Assembly: GCF_009914755.1 (NCBI RefSeq) | Contig: NC_060945.1 | From: the human T2T-CHM13v2.0 reference genome, Homo sapiens | Length of the DNA stretch: 64,000 bases | Direction: 5' to 3' (one strand) | Part shown: piece after piece, positions 39,307-62,019 of the stretch | Layout of the letters: each line of letters begins with the position of its first letter | Numbering within the stretch: position 1 is the first letter of the stretch | Made by a program: the position numbers and the translations under genes | Notes under the pieces: model-generated | Databases searched by the model: none | Told to the model about the DNA's origin: nothing | The model's input: only the letters and a program-made list of their open reading frames with translations

Positions 39307-39439
39307 ACTTCTAATATGCTAAGACAAAGTACAATTTTTCCATAGATCAGCATAAATCCTCAAAGACACAGACTCTTTGCCACTTCAGGTGGAAATCCCA
39401 GTAAATTGAATACAAAGTCATGTACACATATGCATTTAT

Positions 39440-39755
39440 AGGCTGGGTGCAGTGGCTCATGGCTGTAATCCTAGCACATTGTGGGGCTGAGGTGGGCAGA
39501 TCACTTGGGCCCAGGAGTTTGAGACCAGCCTAGGAAACAGGGCAAAACCTAATTTCTACAAAAAATACAAAAATTAGTTGGGTGTGGAGGCACATGCCTA
39601 TAGTCCCGGCTACTCAGGAGGCTGAAGTGGGAGGATCGCCTGAGACCGGGAGGTCAAGGCTGCAGTGAGCCAAAATCATGCCACTGCACTCCAGCCCGGG
39701 GAACAGAGTGAGACTCTGTCTCAAGAGAACAAAACAAGACAACAACAATAGCAAA
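39440..39755 (+). mobile_element. AluJ-like
   Basis: Diverged dimeric consensus; TSD CATATATGCA-like. Confidence 0.92.
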
Positions 39756-39902
39756 AACAACATATATGCACTTATTTTTCTTAGTGAGAAGATTCTTTAT
39801 CATTTTTTCCCAATCAATGACTGCCTAAGGATCTTTAACTTTAATCAAATTCTCCAAGTGATTGATAGCCACCAAAAAAATTTAACCATATAGCAGATGC
39901 CA

Positions 39903-40335
39903 TGTAGCAGTGCCTGGTCCATAACCATTCTGCATTCACTGTTCCCATTTTTCCTACGGGCAAGCACCAATGACTGACTGCCTGAGGACTTTCTTTAGCT
40001 GCAGGAGTGTGCTAGACCCCTAAGAGACAGATGGTGAAAATTTGGGAGTTCATACCTCCAGGAAAAGCCTTCAACCATTGACAGATGAAAGTTGGTGAAT
40101 AAACACCCCAGCTCCTCACCCCTCCGATGGGACAACTCCAAGACCTACTCTATATAATCTTTCAGGATCTCCCATTAGGATTGACCCAATATCCACAAGG
40201 TCAACCTGCCACCAACATACCCTCTCTTGGCTTTTTTCCATGGTTGTTTTACTTCCCTATTTCCCTACTCGTGCTTGAGATCACCTTCTACTCTGCACCC
40301 AAATCTGTACCTTAGGGTCAGCTTCTGGGGAAAAG
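39903..40335 (+). mobile_element. LTR16-like ERVL LTR
   Basis: Motifs CTGCCTGAGGACTTT, CCCCAGCTCCTCACCC..GGGACAACTC and CAGCTTCTGGGGAA resemble recalled LTR16. Confidence 0.6.
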
Positions 40336-41699
40336 TTCTCAGCCCAAGTTAAATGACTATCCTATTGGTTCTCTTACAGATTATCCATTCTGGCTATCAA
40401 CTGGTTCATCTGTACTTCAATCAATACTAAATTCACAATGTCTGCTGAGTCAGACCAGTTTTATATCCATCTTTGGAAATCTACCTGTATTTCACTGATC
40501 CCTTCTTTAATGGTAAATCAGACCCTACTTTGTATTTAAACTCACTATACTGTACACCAAACTAGAGGTAGCTTATAAAGAAAATACATTACTCTTCCTA
40601 ACATTTTAGGTTTTTGTGCCCAGCATACCTTCTTAAAAAAAATTTCTGGAGCTCTTTGAGGCCTTGGGGAAAAAATAAAATGAATGAAAAAGGAGCTGAC
40701 CTGGGATATCATGGAGGCTAAATATTTCACTAATTCTGTTTTGTTGAAGATTACAGTCTGATTTGGTTTATTTGTTTTTTGTTTTGGTTTGAGAGCTTTC
40801 CTTCTTTCTCCCTTTATTTGGCACTCATCCTTCTTAAGAGACTATTTGAGTTTTAGTAGCTGGACTCTGGGAACCGCAGGCATGTTGTTTGGCAGATGGA
40901 TTTTTGCAGTTCTACAGACCAAACCTAATTATCCATTTTGAGTTGTCATCTGAGTTTCTGTTTGAGTTGCCAATGTTTGTCCATTGGATTTTTCTCCTGT
41001 CCATTAAGCAATTTTCTCGCATGATAGAGCATCTACACAAAAAGAATTTCAGGAAACCAGCAGCCATGTGTTGAGACCCATAGGGGAGCTGCTGAGATTA
41101 TTCACACAAAGTCCATTTCTCTCCTTAAGCAAGGAAGCAGGAAATATATAATACTAGAATAAGGAACTCAGAAAAGATGTGGCCTAACACATCTACAAGA
41201 CACAGTCTGGAAAATTCCTATCATGTTAACAGTCCAACATATGCGCTGAATGCATTTCTACTTGGTCAAGCCAGAGAATATTTAATCTCCATCTGAATAA
41301 CATAAAAATGAAAATGCTATAAATTGCAACTACCTAAATATTTTTTGAATCAATACATATCAAATATGTTTAAGTGTTCTTTTCTCATTTTTCTTAAGTT
41401 TCTACAAAGGATCAACTGTCACCCGCACCCAGCATCTCCTGCCATATCTGAAGTTTGGGTGACTCACTGACCCAACAGAAATCAGTCTCCCTTTAGTGAT
41501 ACCCCCTATATTCCTTTCTTTTCTTCATTGCTTAGCAATAGCACTGCCAGGGAAATGGAAACAAACAAAAAAGGAGAAAATCAACCCCCGTTTATTTTTA
41601 TGTACAATAAAGTTTTCATGAAAGTGAAATCATAATGCCTAATGGTGACAAGAATGCTTTTTAGTAATGAGAGACTTTGTAAACCTTTCAAGTGCTTTA

Positions 41700-41940
41700 A
41701 AAAACGATATATAATATTTGTACCTATTTTGGGGGTACTTGTGATATTTTGATACATGTATACTATGTGAAATCAAATTAGGGTAATTGGGGGTATCCAT
41801 CACCTCAAATATATATCTTCTCTTTGTGTGGGGAACATAATAATTCTTCTAGCTATTTTGAAATGTACAATAAATTATGGTTAACTATAATTTCCCTATT
41901 CTACTATTGGATACTACAACTTATTCCATCTAACTGTACC
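41700..41940 (-). mobile_element. L1MA 3' UTR fragment
   Basis: GGGTAATTGGGGTATCCATCACCTCAAA..., TTAACTATAATTTCCCTA. Confidence 0.75.
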
Positions 41941-42771
41941 TGTCAAGTGTTTTTGAATAAGAAACATTTAACTGACTTTTTTTTAAAGAGATGGGGTCTT
42001 GCTGTGTTGCGCGGGATGAATTTGAACTGAACTCCCTAGTAGCTGGGACTAAAGGCACATACTTTTGAGTTTGGCTTAACTGACTTTGAAAGCTATAAAA
42101 GTAGGGATAGGTAAGATCAGCTGAACAACATGTCCATTTGCATAATAGCAGAGTTCCTCCTTTATCAGAAATGTGCAAGTTTCCTTGTCCTTTAGAGTTT
42201 GAGTTGTGAGTTGAGATAATATGTTTTTGCTACCAGCAATCGTAAATTAAATCAACATACCTACAAATGGCTGTCCTAACAGGGAGTCATCTAGTATCCA
42301 AAGAACCACCATTCCCTGCCCACTCCTATTGCTCCTGGATACCCACGCCACTTCACCTTCCTTCTCTTCTTCATTACTGATTAGTAGAATGTGTGGCTGC
42401 TATCTTCCCAAACTCAATAATAAGGTCACCAAAGCTGCCAGGGATCTGTGGTTCCCAGGCATCCTATTCTTGCTGAATTACCACTCCTGCTACTCACTCC
42501 TTCAACCCTAATCAGGGTCCTTCACTCCAACTTTCCACTCCATTACTATCAGCCTCTGCCTAAGCTAGATACTTATCCTTTCCTGAAACATCTGCCAATT
42601 CTCTCTCTCACTTTGTAACATGAAAATGTAACCCTGTCTCCCTAAAACTACAAGCAGTATTAGTTCAACATCAAAGAATCTGCACTTTGCCCTTAAACCA
42701 TCTATGCTCCTTTGTTAGGAAGGAGAATAAGGTTTGACTCCTAATTCTGTGTCTGAGCAAGAAAAGGTGCT

Positions 42772-43566
42772 TTTTTTTTATTTCATATTTTCTTTTATTT
42801 ATTATTATTATACTTTAAGTTTTAGGGTACATGTGCACAATGTCCAGGTTAGTTACATATGTATACATGTGCCATGCTGGTGCGCTGCACCCACTAACTC
42901 ATCATCTTGCATTACGTATATCTCCCAATGCCATCCCTCCCCACTCCCCCCACCGCACAACAGTCCCCAGAGTGTGATGTTCCCCTTCCTGTGTCCATGT
43001 GTTCTCATTGTTCAATTCCCACCTATGAGTGAGAATATGTGGTGTTTGGTTTTTTGTTCTTGTGATAGTTTGCTGAGAATGATGATTTCCAATTTCATCC
43101 ATGTCCCTACAAAGGACATGAACTCATCATTTTTTATGGCTGCATAGTATTCCATGGTTTATATGTGCCACATTTTCTTAATCCAGTCTATCATTGTTGG
43201 ACATTTGGGTTGGTTCCAAGTCTTTGCTATTGTGAATAATGCCGCAATAAACATACGTGTGCATGTGTCTTTATAGCAGCATGATTTATAATCCTTTGGG
43301 TATATACCTGGTAATGGGATGGCTGGGTCAAATGGTATTTCTAGTTCTAGATCCCTGAGGAATCGCCACACTGACTTCCACAATGGTTGAACTAGTTTAC
43401 AGTCCCACCAACAGTGTAAAAGTGTTCCTATTTCTCCACATCCTCTCCAGCACCTGTTGTTTCCTGATTTTTTAATGATTGCCATTCTAACTGGTGTGAG
43501 ATGGTATCTCATTGTGGTTTTGATTTGCATTTCTCTGATGGCCAGTGATGGTGAGCATTTTTTCAT
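42772..43566 (-). mobile_element. Relatively young 5'-truncated L1PA (~800 bp: ORF2 C-terminus + 3' UTR + tail)
   Basis: Near-consensus ORF2 peptide [56 protein letters not shown]...; TSD-like GAAAAGGTGCTTT / GAAAGATGCTTT. Confidence 0.95.
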
Positions 43567-44859
43567 GAAAGATGCTTTACTGGAGTACTGACTTGGCCTG
43601 GTGAATACAAGTCCTCCTAGAAACATTCTTATAAATATTTCACCACGCTCTGTCAAGAACACTGTAGGCTAAATGGGTGTTTGGAGGCTTCCTTGGTAAA
43701 TTAACTACATTCATTTACAGCATAGCTGCTATGAGAAGATGCATTTAGTTTTACTTCCAATATGAAAAACAAACAAATTCCTCAAAGGAGTACAATCTAG
43801 GTTCCAAAATCTAGATCTCCAGCCAGGTCGGCTCTCTTTCTGGCATCTTCACTTGGATGTCCCTCGGGCATTGAAAACCTAACATTTGTATTCCACTAAA
43901 CCTGCTTGTCCACTAACCCTATTCAATTAGCAGCACCTTTTTACATTGATTGCCAAATCTAGAAACCTGAAACAGCTTTGTTTCTTGTTCCTCACTGCCT
44001 ATATCCAGCTGGGCTCAAATTTTGCTAGTCATCCCTCCAAAAATCTCCTAAGCCTCTCAGATTGCTGTAACAACTTGAGTTCAGACCCCACCAGTTTTTA
44101 CTGTGACTTTAAAAACAATTTCTTCAATAATTTCCCTTTTGTTTTTTCTGCCCTCTTCAGATCCATCCTTGGCACTGCCTCTAGAGTTTTCTTTCCAAAA
44201 CACAGACAGGATTATGATAGGCCCCTGTTTAAATGGAAAGAAAAAAAAAAGCAAACTTAGATTGTTCTCTCTGCTAAATCAAAAAGCCTGACTTCAGAAG
44301 AAGAGGGATTCTTGCCCATTCTGTCAAATTTGAGCACCTGGGCAGTACAACAAGGATTTTGCTGGCAGCAATTCTCCAGGAGTCTCAGATGTGAGCCCCT
44401 CAATAAGGCCAGAGAATAGACAGCTCTAATGCATTCAGTCTTCTCTCTCTTCAGGTGCCCTAGAAAAATCTTCAGTGAGGACCCCCTCACCCAGAGCAAA
44501 AAAGATGCATGGAGAGGAGTCTGCCTCTTGGATTCAAGTGGGAACAGTTGCTACAGAAATAATCCCCTGGCTTTCCTGTCTAATCTCAGATTTCCAATAA
44601 CCAGAGTTAAATTTTGTATTAATTGTGGTAGATCCCCTTAATCCCAGTTTTTCTGAGCTCTCCCCCTTTCACTACCTTCCTAATTTGTCTCTTATCTTAC
44701 TCAAGTTTTAATGACTATATTTTAAGTTGTTAAGGCATTCTATAAATTTTCTGTTCAAGCAGATTTTAGAATAATTAGAATGCCAATCATTTTCTCCCTA
44801 ATTATAATCCCAAGTTGAAGTTGCAGAATTTGGGTGCAAATTTTGAAAGAACACTCAAC

Positions 44860-45308
<449 letters not shown>

Positions 45309-45556
45309 CTAAAATCTAAATGCATTCAGTCAACAAATATGTTTGAGCCTATATTTAGTACTAAACTAGATGCTGGAGCTACAACAGTAAGGAAAAACCG
45401 ACATGCACCCTGCCCTCACAGAGCCTACAGTTGGGTGAGTGGGATAGGCATGAATCAAACAATCAAACAAATAACACATTCAAGTTTGACACTGCAATTG
45501 TAGAAAGTGCTCTGAAGGGGAGGTGACCGGTGCTTTGAGAAATATAATGCAAATTA

Positions 45557-45969
<413 letters not shown>

Positions 45970-47089
45970 ACAGCTGTAATACAAATTAAATCAAATGTAA
46001 TCAGAGGGGTCCCTTAGGAAAGGATACTTGTTCTGAAATAGTAAGGATGACTAGGAGATACCCGCTTGAGAAGGTCAAGTATTCCAGGCAAAGGGAACAG
46101 CATCTGCAAAGGAAACAGCCACAGCAGGGACGGGGACATTGAGATGAACTTAGAGAGGCAGGTAAATGCAAACCCTTCAGTTAAGTATTATCTTTATCAT
46201 AAATGCAACTGAAGTCCTTGAATCAATCCCTTCATGAGGAGGAAATGAGGGTGCCACTGGTTTCATTCTAATCAAAGGAAGGGGGACTTATTCTGAATTC
46301 CATCTCTGATTCCCAAAATATCTGGCTAGTGCTTTAATGTTTCCATGACTCTAGTTTCCTTACTTATAACAAGTTTACCTCAATGCTTGTCACCTCCAGT
46401 TTTATAAAGGTATTTTAAGGAACAATGAGTCATAATTGCTGAGTTCTTTGAACTCCTTGGATGAAAGATGTTATACTGCCTATAAACATAAAGCATTGTT
46501 ATTATCTATCAGAAAAAAAGCTGTCCCCAGCCAAAAAGAAACCAGCAAAATACAAAGTATATGAGGCGCCACACACTTCTGTAATATTTAAATTTATAAT
46601 CTGGGTATAAATTAAATGGGTTTGACATTGAGTTAAGCCCAGCATCTTTGATCTATACTGCCCACAGCACTATGCAAACATTGAGTCATCTAATCTGAAA
46701 ATGCTCTGGGGGTGTGTATGTCACAAACACCAGACATTATCATTCTTTCTTTGAATTTTTTTCCTAAAGCACACCACCAAAGCTAGTGTAAAATCTCAGA
46801 AAATGAACACAAATTAGTCGTTATTCTGCTAGTCTTCTTTCTTTTCATTCAAACGCCCAATCAAAAGCATCTCTACACCAAAATACAAACATGATCACAA
46901 AGATAAGGAAAAGCTTAAATAAAACAAGCAAAAGATTTTTATTCCTGGGTAAACATCTTATCTTTTTCTTATTTTTAGTACAGGGCAGGTTTGCTACTTT
47001 GTGAACTGTTTTGGCCTAAGAAGGAAAGTAGAGAAAAAGGACTAGAGATGAGGATACTATAAGAATGGGAACTTTGGCAAAAGAAGTGA

Positions 47090-51039
<3,950 letters not shown>

Positions 51040-51043
51040 CTAT

Positions 51044-52400
<1,357 letters not shown>

Positions 52401-52967
52401 CTATTAAAAAACAAGTCAATGTATAACTTAGAAGGTGGACAGGACAGAAACATTGGATTACACTATAAATTAGGAAAGGGATATGATAGGAGTTAAAACA
52501 GTCTAAGATCTATGATTATTCAGGAAAATAATAAAAATGTTCATTTTCTTTAGACTTTTAAATTTAAATATCCATGGGGGCATTTCATCCCAACTGAGGG
52601 CAGACTTCCGAAAAATAATGAAGAATTAAACACATGCATTTACCGTGATTCTTCCTGAAACCCTTATTAAAACCACATTAATAGAATTTAAAAGGTTTTT
52701 AAAAAAAAAAAAAAAAAAAGCCTGAAGGCAGAAAGACAAAGATAACAGGGTAGAAGACAATATCAACATTTTGGGAACTGGAAGGCAGATAGATGAGAGA
52801 TACTGACTGAACACATTCCAGACAGCTGAATTCTAAACCAGCAGTAGTCAAAGTGAACCTTCCAAGAATTTCAGGATTTTGATGGTATCAGGATATTTGA
52901 GAGTGAAGCGAAGGTGGGGCTAAAAACAGGGAGATTGGCTTAAGTTAGTTTAAAAAGAAGTTAAGCG

Positions 52968-56715
<3,748 letters not shown>

Positions 56716-56878
56716 AGGCACTAGTATTTTTAAAACATTCTCCAAGTAATTTTCATGTGCAGCCAGAATTGCAACTCACCAGGCTAAACTGCAGTTGCGC
56801 AATTCTGGTCTTCTTGATACCTGATTTCTTTGCCCCTTCTCTTTTCTGGTTCAATGCATAATAAGAATTTTCCAATAT

Positions 56879-57033
56879 TAGTTTTATTAGCTTCCACTTA
56901 CTGAATTCTGCTTACGGGGGTTCCTGCTTAGTCTAGATAGTAAGCAGGAACTTACAAACTATGTAAGCTTATAGACTACATAAGCAGGAACCCTGTAAGC
57001 AAGAACTCAGTAAGTGGAAGCTAATTAAAACTA
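56879..57033. repeat. Inverted repeat with ~52-bp arms (56879-56930 / 56981-57033) at the edge of a MIR (~57034-57117)
   Basis: TAGTTTTATTAGCTTCCACTTACTGAATTCTGCTTACGGGGGTTCCTGCTTA versus the reverse complement of the right arm; about 90% identical by eye. Confidence 0.9.
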
Positions 57034-57674
57034 CGTGCCAGGCAGGGTGCCAAGCATTTTTTGTGCATTATCTCATTTAACTTTCATAGCAACCCCGAAG
57101 TAGGTGCCATTTCTATGAAACCTGCCCAGTTACTGCCCCACTCCGCGGAATAAGCTCTTACCCACCGCTCCTCTTCTTCAATTCATTTCTGTTATGGAAC
57201 TGTCGCGGCACTACAAAGTCTCTATGTAGTTATAAATAAACGTTATCTGGAAGAGCAGCCGACAACAACTTTCAAGATCTCCAATTCCCCGACCCCACAC
57301 TCCAACTGACGCCTTCAACCACAACTACTGAGCCCCACTTTCAAAGCTCACTCACTAATATTGGATAATAGTTGTCTGCCTACCTCAGCCTCCGGAGTAG
57401 CTGGGACTATAGCGTCTTACTAGCCAGCTTCAGGGCTAGAATAGCCTTTCTGTGCAAGTGGAAAAAACCTCAGGTATTTCCCAAATCGGTAGCTGCAGAG
57501 GGGCTCTATCCCTACCAGAGATGGAGAAAAGCCCTCTCGCGCTTTTTATGTCAGCCAGAGCGGCTCGTTAAGAGAGCGAAGGCCAGGGGCTGCACAGGTC
57601 GCATCCCGTGAGCATGAGGTCAGAGAACCTGCCCCTGGGGCAAACCGCGAGGGGTGGGACGGGTGGGTGCAGGC

Positions 57675-57686
57675 GGGGCGGAGGGT
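57675..57686 (+). promoter_or_regulatory. Distal GC box (GGGGCGGAGGGT, identical 12-mer to 58053-58064)
   Basis: Direct motif match to the Sp/KLF consensus. Confidence 0.6.
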
Positions 57687-58008
57687 AGGAGCCGCCCTAG
57701 TGGCGGCCCCTGGGAGTGTCCCGTGCCTCGCCTTAAAGGAGGGCGCCAACGCAATTTCAGTATGTGGGAGACGGGCTGCCCCACCCCCGCGCGCAAAACC
57801 CTGGTTTAGCTTAAGGGATGGAGGCGGGGACCCCTGCGCAGGCTTGCGGCGTGGGAGGCGGCCGCCCGCGACCTACGACGCCGCGCGCCGGGAGGCTGAG
57901 AGTTCGGCGCCGGGAGGGTCCCGGGGACAGAAGAGCGCCTCGCCCGGTTGCCAAGGCAACCCCACGCGGCTGGAGAAGCCGGCGCTCGCAGCCCGGCCCG
58001 GGCCGCTG

Positions 58009-58064
58009 CCGGAAGTGACGCGAGTTCACCTGCCGAGCGGGGGCTGGGAGGAGGGGCGGAGGGT
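58009..58064 (+). promoter_or_regulatory. Core promoter motifs: overlapping ETS-CRE (CCGGAAGTGACGC 58009-58021), E2-box CACCTG (58027-58032), Sp/KLF GC box GGGGCGGAG (58053-58061)
   Basis: Motifs read directly from the sequence; factor assignments follow established consensus sequences (GABPA/ETS, CREB half-site, ZEB1/SNAIL, Sp1). Confidence 0.75.
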
Positions 58065-58091
58065 GCAGAGGTGCCGCCGCCGCCGCGAGCC

Positions 58092-58178
58092 AGTCGGGAG
58101 CGCGCGAGGCGCGGGGAGCCTGGGACCAGGAGCGAGAGCCGCCTACCTGCAGCCGCCGCCCACGGCACGGCAGCCACC
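58092..58178 (+). other. CXADR: CXADR exon 1 5' UTR (approximate TSS at Inr-like CCAGTC)
   Basis: GC-rich sequence with no upstream ATG between the GC box and the start codon. The TSS position is from recall of the mRNA 5' end plus the Inr-like CA+1GT and is not demonstrable from sequence alone. Confidence 0.65.
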
Positions 58179-58221
58179 ATGGCGCTCCTGCTGTGCTTCG
58201 TGCTCCTGTGCGGAGTAGTGG
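58179..58221 (+). CDS. CXADR: CXADR coding exon 1 (43 nt, signal peptide MALLLCFVLLCGVV plus first base of the next codon); the gene continues beyond the window
   Basis: Perfect Kozak GCCACCATGG at 58173-58182. The hydrophobic peptide matches the recalled N-terminus of human CAR. Strong donor G|GTGAGT at 58221/58222 (phase 1, typical of signal-peptide exons of Ig-superfamily genes). Confidence 0.97.
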
Positions 58222-59636
58222 GTGAGTAGGGGCCATGGGGTCCTCAGCACCCGCCCAGCCCGGGGGCGCTCGCTGCGCGCGGCCACCCAGGAACAATGGG
58301 GCGTGGGGGAGGGGGCGGGCGCGATTTGGGGGCGCTGCTGCAGGGGCGGCGGGGCGGGCAGAATTGCACAGGGGCGCTTTTGCTGGGCCGGGCGCTCCTG
58401 GAGCCGTCCCGTAGGGAGCCGCGCAGGGCGCGCGGAGTGCCCGGGGACGGAGCCCTCGGCGGGGGGTGGAGGCGGAGGGGCTCGGGCGCGGCGTGTCGGG
58501 TGCGCCTCGCAGCTCTCCCATAGCATTCTCTGCCCCGGTGCGGGCTTGCCTTTCTTTGCTCTCGCCGTCTCCCTTGTCAGCCTTCGTGTCGGTTCTCTCC
58601 AGCGTTACCCGATTTCAAAAACCTTGGGCGGCGAGTTTTCAGGTGTCGAGTCGCCCAGGCGGGGAGGCTGAATTGCAAACGCCATTATTCAATGGACATG
58701 GAGCTGCCCGGTGCCTCGGATCGGCCAGGCTACCTCTAGGAAAGAGGCGCTGAGCGAACGCCAGCCTGGACGGTGTTAGTCTCCTGGAAGCAGCTCGCCC
58801 AGGCAGGAGCTGCTAACCAGACGCGCATTGTGAAGGAGACCGTGGAAAATCAAAAGTGGGTTCCTGCAAAAATGTAGCATTGGTTTCTGCAGTCCTTGGG
58901 CGAAGTGCAAAGGAGAATTCAGTGACCTCGTTTTTGAGTTTGTAATGAGTCGTTCATTTTGGAGATAAGACGGGCTGAGTTGTACAGGGTAATTGCTAGA
59001 GGATTTGCCAAGTGCGTTTGTCGACTGCTCCTTTCTCTGGGAGGGGAAAAAAGGCATGTGAAAAATGCGTGGACCATTAGGAGGCGTAATCATTTTGACA
59101 CTTTAAAAAACGGATTTTCCATGTCGGTGTTTTAACCAACTGATCTTGTTTGTCAAACTAAGCACTTGCTGCGTTTTATAACCAAATAATTCATTTTTAA
59201 AAATCCGTAGGTGGGATCCTAGGAGGCGCACTTAGTATAGCCTCTGGAAGGGTAATTTTTTGTTGTTAGGTGCTCTGAAGCAGGATCTAGTGGCCCTTTC
59301 TGTTGGGATGGCTCTCTGCTTCCTGTTGAAATGTTAATTCCATTGTTGGATGCCACAGCTGTGAGCATTACTCATGGGATCAACATTCTATTAGCAAGTC
59401 TAATCTTCGATCTGAGCCTATAGCACTACCTCCACCTTTTTGATATATATCATTTAGACTTGGCGGGCTGAAATGTCCAAAGTAAGCCTTCCGGAGAAGA
59501 TGAAGGGTCATAGAACCAGTTTACAGGTACATTCCCACCTTTCTTTCTTTTTTTTCTTTTTTTTGTCTAGGCCGAACCTGAAGATGAAGTTGAGAACACA
59601 GTGTGTTCTCTGGGAAAAAAAAAAAAATAGTTTTAG

Positions 59637-60892
<1,256 letters not shown>

Positions 60893-61119
60893 TCAAGTTC
60901 ACTGTTAACATGATTGACTCCTACTTTAGCAAAACAAGGGAAAGACTCATTCAGATTATACCGTCAGTGATAGATATTCCTCCAGCTCTGAAACAGTTTT
61001 GTGGTATACTCTGGCTGCAGATGGGACTCCTTTCGATGCATTTTTATTGGCTGCCTACTAGTGAGTCATACTACTAGTAATCAGTAGTAGCAGCAGTAGT
61101 AAGCAGTGGCAGTAGCAGT

Positions 61120-61340
61120 AGTAGTAAAATTAAACCCTTGATCAGTTATGAAATGCCAGATACTGTTCTAAGGGCTTTACATACCTATATATTCAATCCA
61201 CCAAGCAACCCGAGAGGGTATTTATTATACTTATCCCTGTTGTACAAATAGAGAAACAGAGGCACAGAGTCGTTATATAATTAACTTGTGAAGATCACAG
61301 ATTTGCTCTTGAATCTGTGTTCTCATCACACTATGCTCTT
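61120..61340 (-). mobile_element. MIR fragment preceded by (TAG/CAG)n repeat (~61070-61125)
   Basis: Core motif AGAAACAGAGGCACAGAG and ATGCCAGATACTGTTCTAAG. Confidence 0.7.
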
Positions 61341-61724
61341 CTGTCCCTACAGCAGCCACTTTCTCTTACTACCACTGGTCATCTGTCATTTATTAAGAAC
61401 CTACTGTTGGTTTGACTGTGTGTCAAATACTGAAGGCTTTTATTATTAGCTCTTTAATGTCATAGTCTTAATTGAATACTTTGAGGCATTGTGAGGACAC
61501 TAGTTTCTCCAGTGCTTGGGTTGACATTGTAAACTAATGTGGCCTAGGGACCTGCAGCGTCAGCATTACTTAGGGATCTTGTTAAAGTTTGGGGTGGTGT
61601 TCTTCAATTGCCAACATGAATGGAACTAAAAAAGTCTGGTCTCCCAACCTCTTGTTAGCTATTTGATGGTGGCCAAGCCTCACTGTGTGTCTGTTGCCTT
61701 ACGTGTCAAGAATGGGGATCCTGG

Positions 61725-62012
61725 AGCAGGTAATGGGGGTTGAAGGTGGAAGGGTTGGGTAGATGTTGGTCAAGGGATACAAAATTAAATCCATTATCCA
61801 ACATGGTGACTATAGTTAATAACAATGTATTATATTTTTGAAAATTGCTATGAGTGGATTTTAAGTTCTCACCACAAAAAGTATGTGAGGTAATGCATAT
61901 GTTAATTCCCTGGATTTAACCATTTCACAAGGCACACATATTTCAAAATAATGTGTTATATGTAGATAAACATACACAATTTTTGTCAATGAAAAATAGA
62001 AAAAAAACAGAA
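61725..62012 (+). mobile_element. L1MA 3' UTR fragment with A-rich tail
   Basis: ACATGGTGACTATAGTTAATAACAATGTATT...GTGAGGTAATGCATATGTTAATT. Confidence 0.8.
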
Positions 62013-62019
62013 AAATACC

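Larger units (their letters stand above)
57540..58900. promoter_or_regulatory. CXADR: CpG island / TATA-less CXADR promoter
   Basis: Abrupt switch to very high GC and dense CpG spanning exon 1 and the start of intron 1; no TATA box near the TSS. Confidence 0.95.

Noticed and set aside
43159-43662. 167-aa ORF
   Set aside because: C-terminus of L1 ORF2 in a 5'-truncated copy with no promoter.
57691-57707. GCCGCCCTAGTGGCGGC as a CTCF site
   Set aside because: Matches only the CCACTAGGG half of the core, with mismatches in the GGC end; cannot be called without a PWM scan or ChIP data.
57546-58753. Long overlapping Pro/Arg/Gly/Ala-rich ORFs on both strands (up to 236 aa)
   Set aside because: Expected from stop-codon scarcity in a CpG island; only 58179-58221 has Kozak, signal peptide and donor evidence.
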